A stretch of 64,000 bases of DNA from Alphaproteobacteria bacterium (GTDB lineage Bacteria > Pseudomonadota > Alphaproteobacteria > SP197). The stretch is from NCBI GenBank assembly GCA_964291415.2, contig OZ219918.1:384001-448000 (forward strand). The letters run 5' to 3'. Below the pieces are notes generated by a model, which was not told the origin of the DNA, ran no database searches, and saw only the letters and a list, made by a program, of their open reading frames with translations. Both the position numbers and the translations under genes were made by a program. Of the stretch, positions 57,510-64,000 are shown one piece after another; position 1 is the stretch's first letter; every line of letters begins with the position of its first letter.

Positions 57510-59801
57510 ATGAGCGACGCACAATCCCCCATTGCCCTGCAGATCTGGGACATGAAGTACCGTCTCAAGGGCCCCGACGGCACACCGTTGGACGACAATG
57601 TCGAGGCGACCTGGCGACGGGTGGCGAAGTCCTGCGCGTCGGTGGAGGACGCCGGGAACCGGCGCCGAATCGAGGAACAGTTCCTGGAAGCCATGTCGGG
57701 CTACCGCTTCCTGCCTGCCGGCAGGATTCTGGCCGGTGCGGGCACCGAGAGGAATGTCACGCTCTTCAACTGCTTTGTCATGGGGACCATTCCCGACGAC
57801 ATGGGCGGGATCTTCGATCACCTGAAGGAAGCGGCGCTCACCATGCAGGCCGGTGGCGGGATCGGCTACGACTTCTCGACACTGAGGCCGAAGGGTGCCG
57901 CCGTTCGTGGCGTGGGCGCCGACGCCTCCGGGCCGTTGACCTTCATGGATGTCTGGGATTCCATGTGCCGCACCATCATGAGCGCCGGCCATCGGCGCGG
58001 CGCCATGATGGCGACCATGCGCTGCGACCATCCGGACATCGAGGCTTTCATCGACGCCAAGCAGGAAGCCGGGCGGTTGCGCATGTTCAATCTCTCGGTG
58101 CTGGTCAGCGATGCCTTCATGACCGCGGTCCGGCAGGACGATGCATGGAAGCTGACCTTTGACGGGGTCGTCCATGGAACGGTGTCGGCCCGTGCCCTGT
58201 GGGACCGGATCATGCGCAGCACCTATGCCTGTGCGGAGCCCGGCGTCGTCTTCATCGATCGCATCAACCGGCGGAACAACCTGCACTACTGCGAGACCAT
58301 TTCCGCCACCAACCCGTGCGGCGAACAGCCGCTTCCGCCCTATGGCGCCTGTCTGCTGGGATCGCTCAACCTGACGCGCTTCATCGCCGACCCCTTCGGC
58401 GATGAGGCCCGGTTCGATCACGAGGCATTCGCCCGCACCGTTGCGGCGGCGGTGAGGCTGATGGACAACGTCGTCGACGTCTCGCGCTTTCCTCTCGAGG
58501 AACAGCGCCAGGAGGCGGTGGCCAAGCGACGCATCGGTCTGGGCGTCACCGGTCTTGCCGACGCCCTCATCATGATGAAGGCGCATTACGGCGGCGAACG
58601 GGCGGTCACGCTGGCCCGCACCTGGCTTGCAGGCCTGCGCCGCGAGGCCTATCTGGCATCGACACGCCTGGCGAAGGAAAAGGGACCTTTCCCGCTCTTC
58701 GATGCCGAGGCCTATCTGGCGGGAGACACCGTTGCCGGACTCGACCGGGATGTGCGCGAGGCGATCGCCGCCGGCGGCATCCGCAATGCACTGCTGACAT
58801 CGATCGCCCCGACCGGCACCATTTCGCTTTTCGCCGACAACATCTCCTCGGGTCTCGAGCCGGTCTTTGCCTTCTCCTACACGCGCAATGTGCTGATGCC
58901 CGACGGCACCAGGAGGAGCGAGGAGGTCACCGACTATGCGCTCCGCCTGTGGCGCCGGATGCGGGGCGAGTCCGCTCCCTTGCCCGACTACTTCGTGGAC
59001 GCCCAGGGCTTGAGGCCGGCCGACCACATCCGCATGCAGGCGGCGGTCCAGGAGTACATCGACAGCTCGATCTCCAAGACCATAAACGTGCCCGAGGACA
59101 TTGCCTTCGAGGACTTCAAGGATGTCTATCTCGAGGCCTACCGGCTGGGATGCAAGGGATGCACGACCTACCGGCCGAACGACGTCACGGGCGCTGTCCT
59201 CGAGGCGCCCGCAGCCGCGGACGCCGAGCCTTTGCTGCCCCTCGACGAGCCCGGATCCGAAACCCCGGGAGATGCGTTCGAGACGGCCGGCGTCATTCAC
59301 CTGACCCGGCCCCTCGACCGTCCCGAGGTTCTCCCGGGGAGGACCTACAAGCTGCGCTGGCCGGAGAGTGACCATGCGATCTACCTGACCGTGAACGATG
59401 TGGTCAGGAATGGCCGGAGGCGGCCGTTCGAGGTCTTCATCAACTCGAAGAACATGGATCACTATGCCTGGACGCTGGGTCTCACCCGGATGATCTCGGC
59501 GGTGTTCCGCCGTGGTGGTGATGTGAGCTTCGTGGTCGAGGAACTGAAGGCGGTGTTCGATCCGCGCGGCGGCTCATGGATGGACGGCCGCTACGTGCCC
59601 TCGCTGCTGGCCGCCATCGGCGATGTTCTCGAGACCCACATGACCAACATCGGTTTCATCAGCGATTCGGGAGAGAGCATCGGCTCCGTCGGCGAACCGC
59701 TTCGCCGCTCCGCCAGTTGTCCGCGATGCGGCCTTCCCGGTCTCATCCATCAGGAGGGGTGCCATCTCTGCACGTCCTGCGGATTCTCCAAGTGCGCCTG
59801 A
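57510..59801 (+). CDS. nrdJ: Class II (adenosylcobalamin-dependent) ribonucleotide reductase
   Basis: 'TLFNCFV', 'GGGIG', 'TNPCGEQ', 'ACLLGS', 'APTGT', C-terminal CxxC..CxxCGFSKC. Confidence 0.96.
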   Translation: MSDAQSPIALQIWDMKYRLKGPDGTPLDDNVEATWRRVAKSCASVEDAGNRRRIEEQFLEAMSGYRFLPAGRILAGAGTERNVTLFNCFVMGTIPDDMGGIFDHLKEAALTMQAGGGIGYDFSTLRPKGAAVRGVGADASGPLTFMDVWDSMCRTIMSAGHRRGAMMATMRCDHPDIEAFIDAKQEAGRLRMFNLSVLVSDAFMTAVRQDDAWKLTFDGVVHGTVSARALWDRIMRSTYACAEPGVVFIDRINRRNNLHYCETISATNPCGEQPLPPYGACLLGSLNLTRFIADPFGDEARFDHEAFARTVAAAVRLMDNVVDVSRFPLEEQRQEAVAKRRIGLGVTGLADALIMMKAHYGGERAVTLARTWLAGLRREAYLASTRLAKEKGPFPLFDAEAYLAGDTVAGLDRDVREAIAAGGIRNALLTSIAPTGTISLFADNISSGLEPVFAFSYTRNVLMPDGTRRSEEVTDYALRLWRRMRGESAPLPDYFVDAQGLRPADHIRMQAAVQEYIDSSISKTINVPEDIAFEDFKDVYLEAYRLGCKGCTTYRPNDVTGAVLEAPAAADAEPLLPLDEPGSETPGDAFETAGVIHLTRPLDRPEVLPGRTYKLRWPESDHAIYLTVNDVVRNGRRRPFEVFINSKNMDHYAWTLGLTRMISAVFRRGGDVSFVVEELKAVFDPRGGSWMDGRYVPSLLAAIGDVLETHMTNIGFISDSGESIGSVGEPLRRSASCPRCGLPGLIHQEGCHLCTSCGFSKCA

Positions 59802-59810
59802 CGGCAGGAG

Positions 59811-60548
59811 TCAGGGCTTGCGGGCCGAAAAGATCGCGTGTCCGGCCACAAGCCAGTGGAGGTCGACATCCACCAGGCCGGCTTCCTCCAGCCATTTGAG
59901 CTGTTCGAAGAGACCGGATGGCATGTCGACCGGATCGGCTTCGGGATCGCTGTAGTAGTTCCAGCCGTCCTCGCGGAAGAAGTGCAGCATCTTCTCGTTG
60001 CCATCGAGACGGATAGCTCTTTCCCTGACGCCGTCATCCCAGTGACGCTCCCACAGGGTGAGACCTTCCCGGCGCCGCGCCTCGACGAGATCGCAGATGA
60101 CGATCACGCCGCCCGGTGCAAGGGCCGCCGCGAGATCCTTGAACAAGGAGGCCTTTCCCGGTCCATCGAGGTGGTGGACGGCAAGCGATGACACGAAGGC
60201 ATGGACCTGGCGGTCGAATTGCCGCCAGCCTGAATCGGCAATGTCCATGAAGGACGTTGTCCAGGAGGCCCCGGTCTTGCCGAGTCGCCTGCCTGTTGCC
60301 TCGAGCATGGCCGATGAGCCATCAAGCGCCAAAATATGACATTGGCTGAATCGTCGGGCCAGGGCCGATGCGAGAAGACCTTCACCGCAGCAGATGTCGA
60401 CAATCAGGGAGTTTTCCTGTGGCGTGGGAATGACGCTGCAAATTGTGTCAATCTGTGTTTCCCGCTCGGGCACAAAATAGGCGCCGTAGTCGATGAAGTG
60501 GCGTGAATCGTCCTCGTTCCAGCCTTCCTTGGTGTCACTGTCTGTCAT
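59811..60548 (-). CDS. Class I SAM-dependent methyltransferase
   Basis: 'DICCGEG', 'DGSSAML', 'SSLAVHHL', 'LAPGG'. Confidence 0.9.
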   Translation of the reverse strand: MTDSDTKEGWNEDDSRHFIDYGAYFVPERETQIDTICSVIPTPQENSLIVDICCGEGLLASALARRFSQCHILALDGSSAMLEATGRRLGKTGASWTTSFMDIADSGWRQFDRQVHAFVSSLAVHHLDGPGKASLFKDLAAALAPGGVIVICDLVEARRREGLTLWERHWDDGVRERAIRLDGNEKMLHFFREDGWNYYSDPEADPVDMPSGLFEQLKWLEEAGLVDVDLHWLVAGHAIFSARKP

Positions 60549-60703
60549 CTGTCGAACTCCAACATCAATTGGACGCGGAACCTACCATACTTTCCCAAAT
60601 GAATTCCTTCTCCCCGCACAAAGGGATTGACGTTTGGGCACCCCGGCCTTAGTGATTATTGGAACATACCGGAATCTCGAGGCAAACGGGAAAGGGAGTC
60701 CAC

Positions 60704-61612
60704 GTGAGCAACGCCAAGATTGCAGAGGCCCTGGTGCTGATTAACCGGGAAATTGCATCCGAAGAGGAAAGGCGCCAGACATTGCTGGCCGAAGCCGAGA
60801 CGGTCGGAAAATCGATCGAGGACATGCAAAAGGCGGCACAAAGCCTGGAAGCGCTGATCGGCGATGCCGTTGCGGAACGCCAGCCGGCGAGGAGGGGCAG
60901 GCGTCCTGCCGGGAAAACCGGCAAGACTCCTTCTGGAAAGGGCCGGGGTCGCAAGGCCACCGGAAAGACCACCGGAGGACATGCCAGGGTTGCACCCGCA
61001 AAGGTGCTTGCCGCGATTTCCAATTCCGGACAATACGGCGTCAAGCGTTCAGCGCTGAGCCGATTGCTCGCCAATCGCAAGGGCGACGAGCCGGCTCGCA
61101 AGGCGCTTGACGACGTTCTTCAGTCACTTCTGTCGGAAATGAGCATTCGCCGCGAGGGCTACCGCTTCGTGGCCGTCGGGGGACCTGCGCCCGAGACCGT
61201 TCAGGCGGAATCCGAAACCCCTTCGGATGACGGTGTGGCATCGATTGTTGAGAATTCGGCAACCGAATCGGTGGTGGCGCAGTCCGGGGGCGACTCGATT
61301 CCCTTCGAGGAAGATCCGGCGGCAGGTGAAACCGATGAACCGGAATCGACCGCATCGGCGGCGCCATCGGGAAGCGGCAGACGTGGACGTCCCCGCAAGC
61401 CTGTTTCCGACGAGGTTGCGCGAGCGATGGCCGAGGTTGCCGGCGTCATTGCCGGGGCCGGAGAAACGGGCTGCAAAATGTCCGCCATTCGTGCAGGCGT
61501 TGAACAGGCGACCGGTGTGTCGCTTTCCGGAGCCGAAGCGAAACGGGCTGTCAAGGACCTCCTGCAGGAGGGCAGGATACGCCGCGACAAGTATCGATAC
61601 GTCGCCAACTGA
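60704..61612 (+). CDS. Hypothetical DNA-binding protein (coiled coil, AT-hook-like motifs, two wHTH-like repeats)
   Basis: GGAG RBS before GTG 60704; internal 62-aa repeat; 'GRRGRPRKP' motif. Confidence 0.75.
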   Translation: MSNAKIAEALVLINREIASEEERRQTLLAEAETVGKSIEDMQKAAQSLEALIGDAVAERQPARRGRRPAGKTGKTPSGKGRGRKATGKTTGGHARVAPAKVLAAISNSGQYGVKRSALSRLLANRKGDEPARKALDDVLQSLLSEMSIRREGYRFVAVGGPAPETVQAESETPSDDGVASIVENSATESVVAQSGGDSIPFEEDPAAGETDEPESTASAAPSGSGRRGRPRKPVSDEVARAMAEVAGVIAGAGETGCKMSAIRAGVEQATGVSLSGAEAKRAVKDLLQEGRIRRDKYRYVAN

Positions 61613-61637
61613 AAACGGCGTTGTCGCCGCATTGCAT

Positions 61638-62654
61638 TCAGGCCGACGGTACCGGCACCCCGATTTTGCGGGCGGCATCGACGAGGCCTTGCCAGACTTC
61701 CGAATGAAGTTCGATGCCGGAGGTCCGTTTCCGGTACTCGCTTTCCCTTTCGGGATCTCCCGGAACCCGCACCCGATCGATACCGGGTGCGGGTGGTGAA
61801 GCACGCAGGTTTTCGACAACGGCCCGAGCGTTTTCGTCATAGTGTTCGGTTGAACAGAAGACATCGGTGGCAATGGCGACAACGAGCCAATTGAATTCGA
61901 ATGCCGGACCGAGCATGGCGGCGCCGACAATTTCGCCAATAACGGCCAGACCGTAACCCTTGTGGCCGCCGGCCGGGAGCAGGGCTCCGCCGTTGTCATA
62001 GTCGTCGATCTTCGTGGTGGGATAGCCGTCGCGGTCGCTCAGCCAGCCTTCTGGAACCTCCTCACCGGTTTGCCGGCGCAGGCGAATCTTGCCGTTTGCC
62101 ACGACGCAGGTGGCAAAGTCCGCTGACACGGGGCCGTCGCCGCCAGCCGGCATGGCGAGAGCCCAGGGGTTGGTCGACAACATGCCGCCGCGACCTCCAT
62201 GAGCTGCCACCATGCGCCAGCGCTCCCGCCCGCCACCTCCGCAGATCATGGCCAGCAAGCCGTGACGGGCCAGGCGTTCGGCATAGGCTCCCATGCGCCC
62301 GGTGTGGGCGACATTGACGATACCCGCCGCCATCACTGGCTGGTGACATCCCATGTCGATCAATTCATCGACCGCCCGTTCCATGGCGATAATGCCAAGT
62401 CCGCTGCCGCCGTCGACTCGCACCATCGAAGGCGCGGGCCGTGTCACGGTGATGTCGGCCACCGGTTTGGCGCTGCGGTTCTCGAAGAACGAGAGATAGT
62501 AGGGAACCCTGTTGACGCCATGCGAGACGACATCCTTGAGTTCGGCGTCAACGAGATGGGCGGCAACGGCGTATGCGTCGCCGTCACGCATGCCACCGGT
62601 CACGAGGATGTCCCTGCAAAAGTCCCTCAGGACATCCGCATCCAGCGTCGGCAT
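61638..62654 (-). CDS. Ldh_2-family oxidoreductase (malate/L-lactate/ureidoglycolate dehydrogenase type)
   Basis: 'SHGV', 'HTGRMGAY', 'STNP', 'GGHKGYGL', 'RVPG'. Confidence 0.92.
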   Translation of the reverse strand: MPTLDADVLRDFCRDILVTGGMRDGDAYAVAAHLVDAELKDVVSHGVNRVPYYLSFFENRSAKPVADITVTRPAPSMVRVDGGSGLGIIAMERAVDELIDMGCHQPVMAAGIVNVAHTGRMGAYAERLARHGLLAMICGGGGRERWRMVAAHGGRGGMLSTNPWALAMPAGGDGPVSADFATCVVANGKIRLRRQTGEEVPEGWLSDRDGYPTTKIDDYDNGGALLPAGGHKGYGLAVIGEIVGAAMLGPAFEFNWLVVAIATDVFCSTEHYDENARAVVENLRASPPAPGIDRVRVPGDPERESEYRKRTSGIELHSEVWQGLVDAARKIGVPVPSA

Positions 62655-62681
62655 GGCCCCGGTTCTCCGGGCGTAGCGGGA

Positions 62682-64000
62682 CTACCTGTTCTGCCGGTTC
62701 TCGATGAGATCGTCCACGACACCGGGCTCGGCAAGGGTCGATGTGTCCCCCAGGTTGCCGAAATCGTTTTCGGCGATCTTGCGGAGAATGCGCCGCATGA
62801 TCTTGCCTGAACGGGTCTTGGGCAGCCCCGGAGCCCACTGCAGCCAGTCGGGACTGGCGATGGGCCCGATCCCCTTGCGCACCCACAGAACGAGTTCCCG
62901 CGCGAGGTCGTCGTCGGGCTCCTCGCCGGCATTGAGCGTCACATAGGCATAGATGCCCTGTCCCTTGATGTCGTGCGGGGCGCCGACCACGGCGGCCTCG
63001 GCAACCCTGGGATGGGCGACCAGTGCGCTCTCGATCTCGGCGGTCCCCATGCGGTGACCGGAGACATTGAGGACATCATCCACCCGGCCGGTGATCCAGT
63101 AGTAGCCATCCTCGTCCCTCCTGGCGCCGTCACCGGTGAAGTACTTGCCGGGATAGGTGGCGAAATAGGTCTGGATGAAGCGCTCGTGATCGCCGTAGAC
63201 CGTTCGCATCTGGCCCGGCCAGGAATCAAGGATGCAGAGATTTCCAGTGGCCGCTCCCTCCTGGAGTCGACCGTCATTGTCGACAATGGCCGGTTTGACA
63301 CCGAAGAACGGCCTGGTTGCCGAGCCCGGCTTGAGATCCGTGGCGCCGGGCAGTGGCGTGATCAGGATACCCCCGGTTTCCGTCTGCCACCAGGTATCGA
63401 CGACCGGACAGCGGCTGTCGCCGACGACACGCCAGTACCAGTCCCAGGCCTCCGGATTGATGGGTTCGCCGACCGAGCCGAGCAGGCGCAGACTGGCACG
63501 CGATGTGGATGCGACCGGTTCGTCACCCTCCCTCATGAGGGCGCGGATGGCCGTTGGCGCCGTGTAGTAGATGTTGACCGAGTGCTTGTCGACAACCTGC
63601 CAGTGTCGGCTGGCGTCGGGCCAGTTCGGTACGCCTTCGAACATCAGCGTGGTGGCGCCGTTGGCCAGCGGCCCGTAGACGATGTAGCTGTGGCCGGTGA
63701 CCCAGCCGACATCGGCCGTGCACCAGTAGATGTCACCATCATGATAGTCGAAGACATAACTGTGGGTCATGGAGGCATAGACGAGATAGCCGCCGGAGGT
63801 GTGCAGCACTCCCTTGGGTTTGCCGGTCGAACCCGAGGTGTAGAGGATGAAGAGCGGATCCTCCGCGTTCATCGTCGCCGCCGGGCAGTCGGCGCCGGCA
63901 GACACCCGCACATCATGCCACCAGTGGTCGCGACCCTCCTTCAAGACCACATCGGCGCCGGTGCGGCGGACCACCAGGACCGCGCTGACATCCGGACAGT
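62682..64000 (-). CDS. acs: Acetyl-CoA synthetase (5' part lies outside the window)
   Basis: '[11 protein letters not shown]', '[10 protein letters not shown]', '[11 protein letters not shown]'. Confidence 0.97.
   Translation of the reverse strand, partial: CPDVSAVLVVRRTGADVVLKEGRDHWWHDVRVSAGADCPAATMNAEDPLFILYTSGSTGKPKGVLHTSGGYLVYASMTHSYVFDYHDGDIYWCTADVGWVTGHSYIVYGPLANGATTLMFEGVPNWPDASRHWQVVDKHSVNIYYTAPTAIRALMREGDEPVASTSRASLRLLGSVGEPINPEAWDWYWRVVGDSRCPVVDTWWQTETGGILITPLPGATDLKPGSATRPFFGVKPAIVDNDGRLQEGAATGNLCILDSWPGQMRTVYGDHERFIQTYFATYPGKYFTGDGARRDEDGYYWITGRVDDVLNVSGHRMGTAEIESALVAHPRVAEAAVVGAPHDIKGQGIYAYVTLNAGEEPDDDLARELVLWVRKGIGPIASPDWLQWAPGLPKTRSGKIMRRILRKIAENDFGNLGDTSTLAEPGVVDDLIENRQNR

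Noticed and set aside
57510-59801. Intein or intron in nrdJ (and in dnaE2)
   Set aside because: Lengths are normal and no splicing motifs or insertions were seen

Overview
High-GC (roughly 65%) alphaproteobacterial chromosome segment, probably Rhodospirillales-like. The lineage call rests on an alpha-type LexA box (GAAC-N7-GAAC), the ethylmalonyl-CoA pathway, and the argH-lipoprotein-lysA-TIGR02302-ftsEX gene order. The left part (1-24 kb) is accessory catabolism: GntR, two GSTs, a ComB-like phosphatase, an MpaB/Lcp-like oxygenase with an MMPL transporter, an AGCS symporter, TauD and PhyH dioxygenases, acoXABC, a Baeyer-Villiger monooxygenase, tRNA-Leu(CAA) with a duplicated 3' end, two tandem unknown paralogues and an AHL lactonase. 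The middle holds yqaA-dsbB-coq7, an HNH nuclease, a CoA transferase, vapBC, gluQ, an atypical ureohydrolase and imuA-imuB-dnaE2. The right part holds ecm/ccr/mcd/pduO/etfBA/hbd, argH-lysA, ftsEX, nrdJ and a partial acs. No CRISPR array, rRNA, integrase or transposase was seen. The best novelty candidates are: (i) a coiled-coil + AT-hook + double winged-helix protein resembling a nucleoid-associated protein (60704-61612); (ii) a tandem paralogue pair whose divergence concentrates in a C-terminal loop reminiscent of CLec/DGR targets (21373-23213); (iii) a ~145-nt rod-like structured RNA upstream of imuA; (iv) a ureohydrolase lacking three canonical active-site residues. Several small lesions (vapB frameshift, pduO ATC start, gluQ internal duplication) could be real or assembly errors. 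All family calls are from motif recognition by eye; no database searches were run.
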